From: Sphingobacterium thalpophilum
GTDB taxonomy: Bacteria; Cyanobacteriota; Cyanobacteriia; PCC-6307; Cyanobiaceae
DNA: 64,000 nt
NCBI GenBank assembly: GCA_943367595.1
Contig: CALRJS020000011.1
Location: 19,274-83,273 of the forward strand
Direction of reading: 5' to 3'
The notes under the pieces are model-generated. The model saw only the letters and a list, made by a program, of their open reading frames with translations. It did not search any database and was not told where the DNA came from. The position numbers were made by a program, and so were the translations under genes. Shown piece by piece: positions 8,640-18,829 of the stretch. Position 1 is the first letter of the stretch. Every line of letters starts with the position of its first letter.

Positions 8640-10276
8640 GGGTGGCGCTCCTTCTGCAGCCGGCTGAACACCACCCGGCCGGCCCCATCGAAGCGGGGCG
8701 TCTGCAGGTTGGGGCGGGCCCAGGCGCGTGGGGCCACCAGCCACACCGGGATGTAGGGGGACGCCTGGGCCACCTGTTGCTGCAGGCGGCGCAGCAGGGC
8801 GACGCGCTCCTCCCCCTCCAGGCTTTCACTGCGCTTGAGATCCTGCTCAAGGCCCGGCTGGGTCCAGAAGCTGCCGCTGGCGGCGCTGGCCCCCTTGAGG
8901 CAGCGGTTGCCCTCCGCCTGCTCACACCCCAGCAGGGGAATCAGGTAGTTGTCGGCATCGGGGAAATCCCCCATCCACTCCAGCAGGATCGCCGTGAAGG
9001 CCCCCTTGCCGAGCTGCCGGTAGGCCGTGGTGGATTCCATGCCGCTGATCTCCAGTTGCACGCAGTCGCCGAAGTCACGGGCCAGCTGCTCCTTCCAGGT
9101 GAGCGCGAACAGGCGGTCGGAGGGGATGTTGGAGCGGAAGGTGAGGGGCACGCTCAACCGCCGGCCGCCGCAGTAGCCGGCCTGACGGAACAGCGCACGC
9201 GCCTGGGCCGGGTCGAAGGCGGGCCAGGCCTGCGGATCGGAGCCGGGGATCGTGGGGGGGACCAGCTCCCGCAGGGAAGGACGCAGCCCGTGGCTGACCC
9301 GCTGGCTGATCAGCTCCCGGTCGAGGCCGAACGCTAGCGCGCGGCGCAGGCGTGGATCCTTGAGGGGCGGCTGGTCGCTGAGCAGCGTGAGATAGCCGAT
9401 CTCCAGAGCCGGCCCCCTCCCTTCGCGCAGAGCGCCGGCCGCGGCCAGGCGATGCAGCGACAGCTGCTGGTCGCCCTCCAGGCTGGTGGAGAGCAGCACA
9501 TCCACTTCGCCGCTGCGCAGGGCCCCGTAAAGGGCGGTGGAGTTGCTCAGGTTCACCATGTCGATGCCGCTGTTGGCGGGCTTCGGGCCCCAGTAGTCGG
9601 CGAAGGGCTCCAGCCGCTGCTGCTGATCGTTGAAGAAGGTGAGCCGGTAGGGCCCGGTGCCCACGAAGCGCTCGTTCAGAAAGCGGCGGCCGTGGGCGCG
9701 GTAGGCCGTGGGGGACAGCGGCGTGAGATTCACCGCCGTGAGCAGCTGGGGCAGGGCCGTGAACGGGCGCCGCAGGCGCAGCTCCAGTTCGTAGGGCCCG
9801 CTGGCCCGCACCGAGGCGATCCGGTCGCCCAGCAGATAGCTCAGCTTGCCGATCGCCAGGAAGCGCTCCAGCGTGAACACCATGGCGGCGGCATCGAAGC
9901 GGCTGCCGTCGTGGAAGCGCACGCCCTGCCGCAGCGGCACCCAGGCAGTGAGACGATCGGCGCTGAGGCGGGGCGGCGCCACGGCCAGGCGCGGCTGCAG
10001 CTCGCCGTCGGGACTGATCGCATAGAGGGGGTCGCCCAGAGCGCTCAGCAGTTGCATCGCGCCGATGCTGAACGTGGCGGCCGGATCCACCGAATCGATG
10101 CGGCTGCGCCCCGCCACCACCAGCCGGTCCACCGGGCGGACGGGCTGGCAGGCCGACAGCAGACCCAGACTCAGCACTCCCACCAGGGGAAGCGTCAGCC
10201 AGCGCTTCAGATCAGGAAAGGGGGCGATGGGGGGCGGTGACGCTCGCTGCGGCCATTCAAAGGCTCGGCTGGCCAT
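8636..10276 (-). CDS. ABC transporter substrate-binding protein, family 5 (peptide/nickel)
   Basis: 546 aa with lipoprotein-like signal LVGVLSLGLLSAC. Length and blocks are typical of SBP_bac_5. It sits directly upstream of the permease with a 4-nt overlap. Confidence 0.9.
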   Translation of the reverse strand: MASRAFEWPQRASPPPIAPFPDLKRWLTLPLVGVLSLGLLSACQPVRPVDRLVVAGRSRIDSVDPAATFSIGAMQLLSALGDPLYAISPDGELQPRLAVAPPRLSADRLTAWVPLRQGVRFHDGSRFDAAAMVFTLERFLAIGKLSYLLGDRIASVRASGPYELELRLRRPFTALPQLLTAVNLTPLSPTAYRAHGRRFLNERFVGTGPYRLTFFNDQQQRLEPFADYWGPKPANSGIDMVNLSNSTALYGALRSGEVDVLLSTSLEGDQQLSLHRLAAAGALREGRGPALEIGYLTLLSDQPPLKDPRLRRALAFGLDRELISQRVSHGLRPSLRELVPPTIPGSDPQAWPAFDPAQARALFRQAGYCGGRRLSVPLTFRSNIPSDRLFALTWKEQLARDFGDCVQLEISGMESTTAYRQLGKGAFTAILLEWMGDFPDADNYLIPLLGCEQAEGNRCLKGASAASGSFWTQPGLEQDLKRSESLEGEERVALLRRLQQQVAQASPYIPVWLVAPRAWARPNLQTPRFDGAGRVVFSRLQKERHP

Positions 10277-10568
10277 TCAGGGCCAGGGAAGGCGGCTTGT
10301 TGTGAACCTGCTGCAAGGACACCTCGAACACCGGGGAGCCCTCCCGCGCCAGGGGCCAGCGGCGCACCCAGCAGCGGTCATGGGGCGGATCCACGGCGAT
10401 CACCTGGTACAGGTTCGAATCCGAGGCGAGGTGAATGCAATCACCCTGGTGGAGGCTCATCGGGCTGGTGCGGATGGAGGGGGTGTCCGTAGGAAGGGGG
10501 GTGGCGAGGGGGGATGGGGCCTGACGGCGCTGCGGGTCGCCCGTGGTGGGGGCGTGTGTCGACAGCAT
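10257..10568 (-). CDS. Small conserved-looking hypothetical protein (start uncertain)
   Basis: C-terminal part MSLHQGDCIHLASDSNLYQVIAVDPPHDRCWVRRWPLAREGSPVFEVSLQQV has coding-like codon bias. Possible starts are 10664, 10568 and 10460. Anything upstream of 10690 overlaps hom and was rejected. Confidence 0.45.
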   Translation of the reverse strand: MLSTHAPTTGDPQRRQAPSPLATPLPTDTPSIRTSPMSLHQGDCIHLASDSNLYQVIAVDPPHDRCWVRRWPLAREGSPVFEVSLQQVHNKPPSLALNGQPSL

Positions 10569-10689
10569 TTCGGGGCTGGAGAGGGGAAGGCGTTCGCCAT
10601 GAACCTTAAGAAATCCCGGTGAGGGGATCGCGACCGAAGGATCGGTGCTGCTGATCACTCTCATCAGGTGAGGCCGCGACTCCTTCCGG

Positions 10690-11994
10690 TCAGAGGGTTC
10701 GCAGGCAGGCTGCCACGGCCTTGACGTCGGGCAGGGCGGCGATGGCCGTGAGCGCCGCACGGAAACGGGCTTCCTGCACCTCATGGGTGATCACCACGAT
10801 CTCAGCTTCGCCGCCGGAGGCCTGGAACTGCACGATCGACTGGATCGACACCTCCTCCTGGCCGAAGCAACTGCCGATCCGCCCGATCACCCCCGCCTGG
10901 TCGGTGGTCTGCAGGCGCAGGTAGTTGCGGTGACGGGTGACGGCGGGATCCACCAGGCGACAACGGCGCCAGCTGCCGGCCGCCAGCAGCGGATCAAGCC
11001 CGGCGGACGGGCCGCCCACCTGGCGGATGCCGGCGATGTTGAGGATGTCGGCCACCACAGCCGAAGCGGTGGGCCCTGCCCCTGCACCCGGCCCGTAGAA
11101 CATCACCCGTCCCACCGGATCCCCCTCCACGAGGATGGCGTTGTTGACGCCGTTGACCCCCGCCAGTGGGTGATCCTTTGGCACCAGGGTGGGATGCACC
11201 CGCACATCGAGCTGCTCGGTGCCGTCGGGATCGGTGCCCTCGCTCTGGGCCACCGCCAGCAGCTTGACGCGGAAGCCCAGCTGGTCGGCGTAGCTCACAT
11301 CCCTGGCCTGCAGGCCGCTGATGCCTTCGGTGGGGATGGCGGAGCGTTCGACGCCACCGCCATAGGCCAGTCCCGCCAGGATGGCGATCTTGTCGGCGGC
11401 ATCGCCGCCTTCCACATCGGCGGCCGGATCGGCTTCGGCGTAGCCGAGGGCCTGGGCATCGGCCAGCACCGTGCCGTAGAGGGCCCCCTCATCCGCCATG
11501 CGGGTGAGGATGTAGTTGGTGGTGCCGTTGATGATGCCGCTCACCCGCTGGATGCGGTTGGCCCCCAGCGACTGCTTCAGCGGCTCGATGATCGGAATGC
11601 CGCCGCCCACCGCGGCCTCGATCAGCACGTACACGCCCCGCGCCGCGGCCGCCGCGGCGATCTCCTGGCCGTGGCGGGCGATCACCGCCTTGTTGGCCGT
11701 GACCACCGATTTCCCGGCGGCGATGGCGCTGAGGATCAGGCTGCGGGCGGGTTCGAGGCCCCCCATCACCTCCACCACGATGTCGACGGCCGGGTCCTGC
11801 ACCACCGCTTCGGGGTCGGTGGTGAGCAGGGCCGGATCCAGCTCCAGCGGGCGCGGGCGGCTGAGATCCCTGACGGCCACCCGTTGCAGCCGCAGCTGGT
11901 CCACCAGCGGATGGCGACCCGCCGGGGCGGACAGGATGGCGGCCACACCCGCTCCCACCGTGCCCAGACCCAGCAAGCCGATGCCGATGGTCAT
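10690..11994 (-). CDS. hom: Homoserine dehydrogenase
   Basis: NAD-binding start MTIGIGLLGLGTVGAGV, the catalytic-domain blocks, and a C-terminal ACT-like domain. 434 aa. Confidence 0.95.
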   Translation of the reverse strand: MTIGIGLLGLGTVGAGVAAILSAPAGRHPLVDQLRLQRVAVRDLSRPRPLELDPALLTTDPEAVVQDPAVDIVVEVMGGLEPARSLILSAIAAGKSVVTANKAVIARHGQEIAAAAAARGVYVLIEAAVGGGIPIIEPLKQSLGANRIQRVSGIINGTTNYILTRMADEGALYGTVLADAQALGYAEADPAADVEGGDAADKIAILAGLAYGGGVERSAIPTEGISGLQARDVSYADQLGFRVKLLAVAQSEGTDPDGTEQLDVRVHPTLVPKDHPLAGVNGVNNAILVEGDPVGRVMFYGPGAGAGPTASAVVADILNIAGIRQVGGPSAGLDPLLAAGSWRRCRLVDPAVTRHRNYLRLQTTDQAGVIGRIGSCFGQEEVSIQSIVQFQASGGEAEIVVITHEVQEARFRAALTAIAALPDVKAVAACLRTL

Positions 11995-12073
11995 GCCTGT
12001 CTCGCCTGGAAACGACAGAGCCTAGAAACCTGTCTGCAGCGTGGCTGCTCCTGCAGGCCGGCGCCGCTGGTCA

Positions 12074-12529
12074 TCAGGAGGGGGCGCCGGACGCTGCACC
12101 GGCGGTGGACTCGCCGCCGGCGAGACTGCGGGCCTGGGCCTGCATCATCTTGAAGATGTTGAGGAAGCCATTGGCCCGCGATGGGGTGAGGCTGGCCTGC
12201 AGGCCCGTATCCGCCAGGAAGGCAGGATCCACGGCGGCAGCCTGCTCGGGCGTCAGGCCTTCGAGCGCTTCGATCAGCAGGGCCAGCAGCCCTTTGGTGA
12301 TCTGGGCATCGGAATCACCCCGCCAATGCAGCCGCCCCTGCTGAAGCTCGCCCACCACGTACACCTGCGACACGCAGCCTTTCACCTTGAAGGGATCGAC
12401 ACGGAACTCATCCGGCAGCGGCTCCAGCTTCTGGGCCAGCCAGAGCACATAGGCGTAGCGGCGCTTGGGGTCGGTGGTACCGCGCAGGCGCTCAACGATC
12501 CGGTCGAGCGCTTCGGTGCCGGTGCTCAT
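12074..12529 (-). CDS. sufE: SufE-like cysteine desulfuration (sulfur acceptor) protein
   Basis: YVLWLAQKLEPLPDEFR, the active-site context KVKGCVSQVYV, and SRANGFLNIFKMM. 151 aa. Confidence 0.9.
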   Translation of the reverse strand: MSTGTEALDRIVERLRGTTDPKRRYAYVLWLAQKLEPLPDEFRVDPFKVKGCVSQVYVVGELQQGRLHWRGDSDAQITKGLLALLIEALEGLTPEQAAAVDPAFLADTGLQASLTPSRANGFLNIFKMMQAQARSLAGGESTAGAASGAPS

Positions 12530-13032
12530 CGAAGGCGACGGCGCGCAGCGGACCAGCCACTCAGACCGGCGATCACCCCGCCGACGCTGCCAAGGCCGCC
12601 CAGCACCAGGGTGCCGATCAGCCAGGGGGAGGTCCAGGGCGCCGTCGGCTCGGCCGGGCGGCGGCTGAGGCTGTCAATCAGAGGGCGGCCGCTCTTCACC
12701 GTCAGGTCGAGGAAGTCGCGGTGGCCGGGGCCGTCGTCGACCTGCAGCTCCCAGGTGCCATCGGCGCCGCTGGGCAACACGAAGGACAGCTTGCCGTCGG
12801 CATCCAGCTGGCCCACCTCCACCGGTGTGCCGCCACCTGGCGGCACCACACGCACCTGGGCTCCGGCCGCCGGTTCACCGGAGGAGAAGCGGCTCTCAAG
12901 CAGCAGGGAGTCGTTGAGGGAGCGGAGCTGATCGAGGCTGCTCTCGATGGCATGGGCCCGGGCCGCCACCGGCAGCAGGGCGAGGGCCGCCGCTCCCAGG
13001 CATGGCACCACCAGGCGTTGGAAGGAGGTCAC
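12526..13032 (-). CDS. Secreted, C-terminally membrane-anchored small beta-rich protein (carboxypeptidase-regulatory/transthyretin-like?)
   Basis: Signal peptide ending ARA|HAIESS, a roughly 110-aa Gly/Val/Asp-rich domain (VRVVPPGGGTPVEVGQLDADGKLSFVLPSGADGTWELQVDDGPGH), and a C-terminal TM helix plus RRRLR. The stop overlaps the sufE start (ATGA at 12526-12529). Confidence 0.7.
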   Translation of the reverse strand: MTSFQRLVVPCLGAAALALLPVAARAHAIESSLDQLRSLNDSLLLESRFSSGEPAAGAQVRVVPPGGGTPVEVGQLDADGKLSFVLPSGADGTWELQVDDGPGHRDFLDLTVKSGRPLIDSLSRRPAEPTAPWTSPWLIGTLVLGGLGSVGGVIAGLSGWSAARRRLR

Positions 13033-13102
13033 GGGCGATTGAGCGAACAGAGGAGGGCCGGTTCCGCTTCAGGAGGGCCAGGCGCTCCAGCGTAAGAGGG
13101 GT

Positions 13103-13387
13103 TCAGGAGGCCGACCAGCGGTTGCCGGCGGCATGGGCCTTGCCCGCCTGCACCATCCGGACCATCGAGCTCACCATCATCGACAGGGCCTCGCTGGGCT
13201 CTGAGCGGTGACCGAGCTCGGCGGCCATCACGCGATCGGCCACGGTGCGGCCTGCCGCCGCGGCGGTTCCGGCGCGCAGCGCCGGGGAAAGGCGCCGACC
13301 GCTGGTGCCCTCGGCATCCATCCGAGCCACCGCAGGCTGCATCAGGCCCATCGGCGGTTGAGCGGACGAATCCGAGGAGAGCACCAC
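13103..13387 (-). CDS. Hypothetical small protein
   Basis: Only ORF in a 420-bp gap. Hand translation shows strong G/C third-position bias. No recognisable motif. An internal ATG (MGLMQ...) is an alternative start. Confidence 0.4.
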   Translation of the reverse strand: MVLSSDSSAQPPMGLMQPAVARMDAEGTSGRRLSPALRAGTAAAAGRTVADRVMAAELGHRSEPSEALSMMVSSMVRMVQAGKAHAAGNRWSAS

Positions 13388-13450
13388 AGGAAGGCTTCAG
13401 CTGCGGGGATCCTGGCAAATGCAGCCCCGTCAGGCGAGCCGGGGGGGGCA

Positions 13451-14129
13451 TCACTCAACAGGTTGCAACCATTCCAGACCCCGCTCGCTGAGCCAACCGT
13501 CGAAGGGGATGTCCCAGGGGTCGGTGGGCAGGGCCTCCACCAGGCAGCCGTAGGGCGCCACGATCACCGCCGGCACGGAGCGCCAGGCTGGCTGCTGCCG
13601 CAGGCGGTCGTACCAGCCACCGCCCGAACCCAGCCGGAAACCACGGCGGTCGAAGGCCAGCGCCGGCACCAGCAGCAGGCCCAGGGCGCTGGGCTGGAGG
13701 CTGGGCCCCTGCGGAGCCGGGATGCCGCAGTGATCAGGGAGCAGCGGCGCGCCCGGGTTCCAGGCAACGTAATGAAGTGCGGCGGCGCCCCTCTCCGTCG
13801 CCCCTGCGACCAGTCCTCCCTCAGGTCCCGCCGCCGGCCGCACCACCGGCAAGGCAAGCGACGCCGGTGCCAGCTGCTGAAGCGGCCTCAGATCAGCTTC
13901 ACCACGCAGGGGCCAGTAGAGCCCCAGCCGCTGCGGTCGATCCAGCCAGGGAGCCAGAGCTGCCGCAGCCTTTTGCTGCAGGGCAGGATGCGCCTCCATC
14001 AGCAGAGCCATCCGCCGCTGGCGCCAGTGGTTGCGCAGGGCTGCCTTGTCGGCGCCTGCCCCACCGACGGCGGCTTCACCAGCGGCGGCTTCACCGGCCG
14101 CAGCTTGACCAGCAGCGGGCCGGGTCACC
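13451..14129 (-). CDS. 5-formyltetrahydrofolate cyclo-ligase
   Basis: C-terminal part of the 350-aa track ORF, with [24 protein letters not shown] (the family G-x-G-x-G-YDR block). GTG 14129 overlaps the ruvC stop (GTGA). Sequence upstream of that is ruvC antisense. Confidence 0.85.
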
Positions 14130-14586
14130 GTTGAAACCAGCCGGTGAGCGCCACGGCCAGGGCGTCGGCAGCGTCGTCGGGGCGTGGTGGGTGGTCCAGG
14201 GACAGTTCGCGCATCACGGCGTCGAGCACCTCCTCCTTGCCGGCATGGCCCGAGCCGGTGAGCGCCAGCTTCACCTGCATCGGCGGAAACTCCACCACCG
14301 GCACCTGCAGCCGCGCCAGGGTCATGATCACCACGCCCCGGGCCTGCACCACCGAAATCGTGGTGCTGGAGCGGTAGAAGAAGAATTTCTCCACCGACGC
14401 CAGCTCCGGGCGCCAGCGCCGCACCAGCCAGCGCAGGTCGCGGGCGATCTCCACCATCCGCGCGCCATCGGAGCGGCCGGGAAGGGTCTGGATCATGCCG
14501 CAATCGAGCATCCGCTGAGGCGGGCCGGACTCGATCACGCCGTAGCCGACACGGGCGAGGCCGGGATCGATGCCGAGGATGCGCAT
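14125..14586 (-). CDS. ruvC: Crossover junction endodeoxyribonuclease RuvC
   Basis: [19 protein letters not shown], followed by the catalytic acidic residues. 153 aa. Confidence 0.95.
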   Translation of the reverse strand: MRILGIDPGLARVGYGVIESGPPQRMLDCGMIQTLPGRSDGARMVEIARDLRWLVRRWRPELASVEKFFFYRSSTTISVVQARGVVIMTLARLQVPVVEFPPMQVKLALTGSGHAGKEEVLDAVMRELSLDHPPRPDDAADALAVALTGWFQR

Positions 14587-14658
14587 GGGGCGAATTATCC
14601 GCGCCGCCAGGAGAGACGTCCGTACGCTCGCTGCACTGGTTATCCCGCGATCAGGGCC

Positions 14659-16128
14659 ATGAAGGGACGGTCACAGGGCTCAGCGGGCTTCGGTGCTGGA
14701 TCGGCTGACGGGCCCGGGGTTGGAGGCAGGAAGCGGCTGCCTTCCCGGCGCCGGAGTCTGTCCGCCAACCCCGAGCAGGAGGCACTGCTGCTGGTGAAAG
14801 CCGGCCGGTTGCCGGAGGCCGAAGCGATCTATCGCGCCCTGCTCAAGGCTGGACCGCCGACTGCGACGGCCTGCAACAACCTCGCCCTGCTCTGCGGCAT
14901 GACCGGCAGGAAGATGGAGGAACTGCGGCTGCTGCGCCAGGCGCTGACCCTGCAGCCGCATTACCCACCGGCCCTTGCCAACCTCGGCAAGGCCCTCCTC
15001 CCCCTCGGTCGGCTGGAGGAATCCGAACGGCTGCTGCGCCAGGCGCTGGAGCTGGCCACCCAATCTCCTGAAATCCTCAACAGCCTGGGCGCCACCCTCA
15101 TGGCCCGCAGCGACCTGGACGGGGCAGAGGCCTGCTTCCGGGAGGCCCTCCACTTCCATGACGAGCTTGCTGAGGCCCACTTCAACCTGGCCCGCACGCT
15201 GCTGCTGCGCGGCCGGTTTCAGGAGGCCTGGCAGAGATACGAATGGCGATGGCGCTGTCCTGAGTATCAGCATCAGCAGTTGACCAGCGGGCGCCCCCCC
15301 TTTGCCCCTGAGGCCCGAACAGGCCGGTTGCTGCTCTGGCCTGAGCAGGGCGTGGGGGATGAAGTGCTGTTCCACTCCCTGCTCCACGAGGCGGACCAGC
15401 TCAGCGAGGAGATCGTGCTGCAGGCCGACGATCGCCTGCTGCCGCTGCTGGAGCGCTCGTTTCCGGCCCTCACCGTCGTCGGATCGGCAGCTCCGGTGCC
15501 GGAATCCCGCTACGACCGGCAGCTGCCGGTGGGTGGGATGTGTCGCGTTCTGCGCCCCGATGCAGGGGCGTTTCGCCGCCAGCGCCCGGGCTATCTCCGC
15601 AGTGATCCCATCCGTCGAGAAAGGATCAGGGAAGAGCTGCAGAGCAGGCATCAGGGCCTCCTCTGCGGCGTCTCCTGGCACAGTGCCGGACTCACCGGGC
15701 CCGCCAAATCGATCGAGCTGGCGGCCCTGGCGCCAGCCCTCTCACACCCCGACGTGGCTCTGGTGTCGCTTCAGTACGGGTCCGTGCGGCAGGACATCGC
15801 CCGCCTCAGGCGCAAGACGGGTGTGGAGGTGCTGGAGGTGGACAGCGTCGACACCTTCGGCGATCTCGACGGACTTGCCGCACTGATCGACGCCTGCGAC
15901 CTGGTCGTCTCGATCTCCAACAGCACCGCGAACCTGGCCGGCGCTCTGGGGAAACCCACCTGGGTGCTGCTGCCCTCCGCGCCGGACTGGCGCTGGGGTC
16001 AGTCGGGTGCCTCCTGTTTCTGGTACCCCTCCTGTCGCCTGTTCCGGCAAGAACGGCCCGGAGATTGGCAGCCGCCGCTCTTCGAACTGGGGAAGGCGCT
16101 GGACAGGCTGCGTTCCACTGCGGCCTAG
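14659..16128 (+). CDS. TPR-repeat protein with C-terminal glycosyltransferase family 9-like domain
   Basis: ATG 14659 inside the 783-aa track ORF. Several 34-aa TPR units ([13 protein letters not shown]..., [28 protein letters not shown]...). The C-terminal [25 protein letters not shown] resembles the heptosyltransferase-type fold. Confidence 0.8.
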   Translation: MKGRSQGSAGFGAGSADGPGVGGRKRLPSRRRSLSANPEQEALLLVKAGRLPEAEAIYRALLKAGPPTATACNNLALLCGMTGRKMEELRLLRQALTLQPHYPPALANLGKALLPLGRLEESERLLRQALELATQSPEILNSLGATLMARSDLDGAEACFREALHFHDELAEAHFNLARTLLLRGRFQEAWQRYEWRWRCPEYQHQQLTSGRPPFAPEARTGRLLLWPEQGVGDEVLFHSLLHEADQLSEEIVLQADDRLLPLLERSFPALTVVGSAAPVPESRYDRQLPVGGMCRVLRPDAGAFRRQRPGYLRSDPIRRERIREELQSRHQGLLCGVSWHSAGLTGPAKSIELAALAPALSHPDVALVSLQYGSVRQDIARLRRKTGVEVLEVDSVDTFGDLDGLAALIDACDLVVSISNSTANLAGALGKPTWVLLPSAPDWRWGQSGASCFWYPSCRLFRQERPGDWQPPLFELGKALDRLRSTAA

Positions 16129-16148
16129 CGCTGCGGCCCCCTGCGGGC

Positions 16149-17237
16149 TCAGGCCGCCAGGGCCAGCTCGAAACCGCTGCGGTCGCTCGGCTCAGGCCGC
16201 TCGAACACCTTGCAGAACACCTTGATAACCCGATCGCCGGTGTCGATCTGCTCCAGCGGGTCCTTGCGCAGGCGGTGGCGCAGGCAGCAGGCCACCACCC
16301 GGGCCACGTCGTCGTCGGTGACCTCGTTGCGGTGCTCGAAGGCAGCCAGGGCCCTGGCCGCCCGGTTGGTGACGATGTCGCCGCGCAGGCCGTCCACATC
16401 CAGTTCGCCGCACACCGCCGAGATGCGCACCCGCAGGTCGTCGTCGATCACCACCGACGGCAACCGGTTCTGGGCCTCCACCACCCGGGCCTGCAGGGCG
16501 TCCTGAACGTCCTGCACCTGGGCGCTGAAGGCCTCGGGGTCGGCATCGAAGCCGGTGCGCTGGTCAACCACCTGCACGCGCAGCTCGGGATCGCGCACGG
16601 TGCGCACCTCCACGCTCATGCCGAAGCGATCAAGCAGCTGGGGCCGCAGCTCCCCTTCCTCCGGGTTGCCGGAGCCGATCAGCACGAAACGCGCCGGGTG
16701 CCGCACGCTCACGCCTTCCCGTTCCACCGTGTTCCAGCCCGAGGCGGCCGAGTCGAGCAGCACGTCCACCAGGTGGTCGTCGAGAAGGTTCACCTCATCG
16801 ACGTAGAGCAGGCCGCGGTTGGCCTTGGCCAGCAGGCCCGGCTCAAACGCCCGGATGCCCTCGCTCAGCGCTTTCTCGATGTCGATCGTGCCGCACAAAC
16901 GGTCTTCGGTGGCACCCAGCGGCAGGTCCACCATCGGCACCTGGCGGGGTTCCACCGGCAGGGTCTCGCCGGCTTCGGCCCGTTCGCGCACCTCGCTGCT
17001 CTGCAGATCGGGGTCGGTGGGAGAGCTGTTGTAGGGGTCGCCGGCCACCACGGGGATAGCTGGCAGCAGATCGGCCAGGGCGCGGATGGTGGTCGACTTG
17101 CCCGTACCGCGGTCGCCCATGATCATCACGCCGCCGATGCGGGGATCGATCACGTTCAGCAGCAGGGCGAGTTTCATCTCCTCCTGGCCGACGATGGCGG
17201 TGAAGGGAAACACCCTGCGCTTGCGGGTCTGACTCAC
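16149..17237 (-). CDS. chlI: Magnesium chelatase ATPase subunit I
   Basis: [60 protein letters not shown] and [11 protein letters not shown] 17237 overlaps the upstream stop (GTGA). The 558-aa track ORF was trimmed. Confidence 0.95.
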   Translation of the reverse strand: MSQTRKRRVFPFTAIVGQEEMKLALLLNVIDPRIGGVMIMGDRGTGKSTTIRALADLLPAIPVVAGDPYNSSPTDPDLQSSEVRERAEAGETLPVEPRQVPMVDLPLGATEDRLCGTIDIEKALSEGIRAFEPGLLAKANRGLLYVDEVNLLDDHLVDVLLDSAASGWNTVEREGVSVRHPARFVLIGSGNPEEGELRPQLLDRFGMSVEVRTVRDPELRVQVVDQRTGFDADPEAFSAQVQDVQDALQARVVEAQNRLPSVVIDDDLRVRISAVCGELDVDGLRGDIVTNRAARALAAFEHRNEVTDDDVARVVACCLRHRLRKDPLEQIDTGDRVIKVFCKVFERPEPSDRSGFELALAA

Positions 17238-18829
17238 GGACGACAGCTCGGCACGGGTTCGGATTGTTTCACAGCTGAGGTTTCGGCCGGCGCGGCGGGC
17301 ACCGGCAGCAGGGTGAGCACCTGGGGTGGGGTGGCATCCGCCGGGTAGATCAACCGCACGCGCAGCTCCCGCTGCTCTCCGGGCTGGAGCCGCACGCGGC
17401 CCAGCTCCGGCCCCTGCTGCCCCTGGCGCTGCACCAGGTGGAACCAGCGCCGGCCCATCCGCCGGCCCTGGGGATCGTCGAGGCCGCTCACCTCCACGGT
17501 GCCGCGGAACATCACCGGCCGGACCTCGGTGACGTTGAAGCTCAACCCTCCCAGCGGCTTGTCGGTCTTGCGGGGCGACTCCAGCGCCAGCGAAAGCACG
17601 CTCGGCTGGTCGCTGTCGTTGCGCAGCGGCAGGCGCAGGTCGTACTCGACGCCGTAGTTGCCGTGGGCGGCCCAGGCGGTGCCGGGATAGAAGGGGTCGA
17701 GCTCGGCGGTCTGCACCTGGCCGGTGCCGAGGGTGCCCAGCTCCAGCCCGGCGATCGGCCACGACACCGGGGCGCTGCGCACCGACAGCACCGGGCTGCC
17801 GGGATCGGTGAGCGTGCCGGTCCAACGGCTGCCCAGCTGCACACCACTGACCCGCGAATAGATGATCCGCCCCTTGGCGCCGCGCGGCGTGGGCTGGTGC
17901 TCCTTGGGGCTGAGCCCGCCCCGCAACAGCTCCAGCCAGGTGGCGTCCGACGGGGGCTGGTCACCGCCGAAGGCGGCCAGTGTGGCGACCTGCACCGGCC
18001 CGTCGCTCACCAGCCGCAGCTGCAGGTTGCGGCCGTTGAGCAGGGGGTCGAGGCCGCGCACCGGGATCGGCACTGCCACCAGGGTGGTGAGTTCTCCGGC
18101 CGGCAGCTGCCATTGGGCCGGAATCTCAGGGCTGCGGCGCTGCTGCAGCAGTTCAGCCGCCACCCGGCTGCCCGGGCCGGAAAACGCGGAGGTGCCGTCA
18201 TGGGGAACCAGCGCCGGCAGGGGCAGGAAGGGAGCGTCCGCCTGTTTGGGGTCGGTGGCCTGCGACAGCGCCGTGGAACCGCTGATCAACTGCAGCCGCA
18301 CCGGCCGCGGGCCGTTGGGTGCCGCCACCACCCCCAGCCAGAGGGTGGAATCCACGGTTTCGGGCCGCCCCGCGTAGACGTGATGGCTGAACAGGTCGAA
18401 GCGGCCTTTCAGGGGACGGTTGAGGTGAGCCGCCGGCACACCAAGAGGCTGCCCGCCCAGGGTGGCGGCCCCATCGAAGGTGGAGAGCAGGATGCCGGGC
18501 GCCGTGATCAGCTCGGGGTTGTTGTCATTGATCAACGGCACCTGATCCAGCTTTCCGGGCAGCGCCCGCACCTGCTGGGGCCGCAGCACGGTGGTGGGAG
18601 CCGCAGCGGGGGCGGGAGCCGGTGCCGGAGCCGCGGCGGGCTGGATGGGCCCCGTAGCGGCCGCCGGATTCGCTGCCGGCTTGGCCGCGGAAGTGGCCGC
18701 CAGGGTGGTCAGCGGATCGGCGGCGGCGGCCCCGCCACTGGCGCCCAGCGCCAGGGCGCCACCGGCAAGAGCCGGCAGCAGGGAGCTCAGCCACCGGCGA
18801 CGGCGGTTGCGGGAAGCGTGCGGGTTCAT
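17234..18829 (-). CDS. DUF3370-like secreted protein of unknown function
   Basis: 531 aa. N-terminus [27 protein letters not shown] is Tat/Sec-signal-like, followed by an Ala/Pro linker and a large beta-rich body. As far as I can recall the family, it resembles cyanobacterial DUF3370. Confidence 0.75.
   Translation of the reverse strand: MNPHASRNRRRRWLSSLLPALAGGALALGASGGAAAADPLTTLAATSAAKPAANPAAATGPIQPAAAPAPAPAPAAAPTTVLRPQQVRALPGKLDQVPLINDNNPELITAPGILLSTFDGAATLGGQPLGVPAAHLNRPLKGRFDLFSHHVYAGRPETVDSTLWLGVVAAPNGPRPVRLQLISGSTALSQATDPKQADAPFLPLPALVPHDGTSAFSGPGSRVAAELLQQRRSPEIPAQWQLPAGELTTLVAVPIPVRGLDPLLNGRNLQLRLVSDGPVQVATLAAFGGDQPPSDATWLELLRGGLSPKEHQPTPRGAKGRIIYSRVSGVQLGSRWTGTLTDPGSPVLSVRSAPVSWPIAGLELGTLGTGQVQTAELDPFYPGTAWAAHGNYGVEYDLRLPLRNDSDQPSVLSLALESPRKTDKPLGGLSFNVTEVRPVMFRGTVEVSGLDDPQGRRMGRRWFHLVQRQGQQGPELGRVRLQPGEQRELRVRLIYPADATPPQVLTLLPVPAAPAETSAVKQSEPVPSCRP

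Noticed and set aside
10412-10422. GGTTCGAATCC, a tRNA T-loop-like string
   Set aside because: The flanking bases cannot form a T-stem (acagg / ccgag do not pair). No acceptor or anticodon arm can be drawn. It lies inside a coding-like small ORF. I found no tRNA-like structure anywhere in the window.
10783-12153. Long antisense or shadow ORFs throughout the track. Examples: 312-1490, 5160-6059, 5975-6934, 7332-8756, 10783-12153, 16065-17348, 17438-18994, 19144-20973, 31215-32261, 33034-34539, 36062-36904, 47689-49047, 49155-50384, 51221-52498, 54034-55023, 57793-58809, 59797-60822
   Set aside because: Each overlaps, on the opposite strand or in another frame, a gene with clear family motifs. 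Their translations are Arg/Gly/Ala/Pro/His-rich with no motifs. I treat them as GC-driven artefacts.
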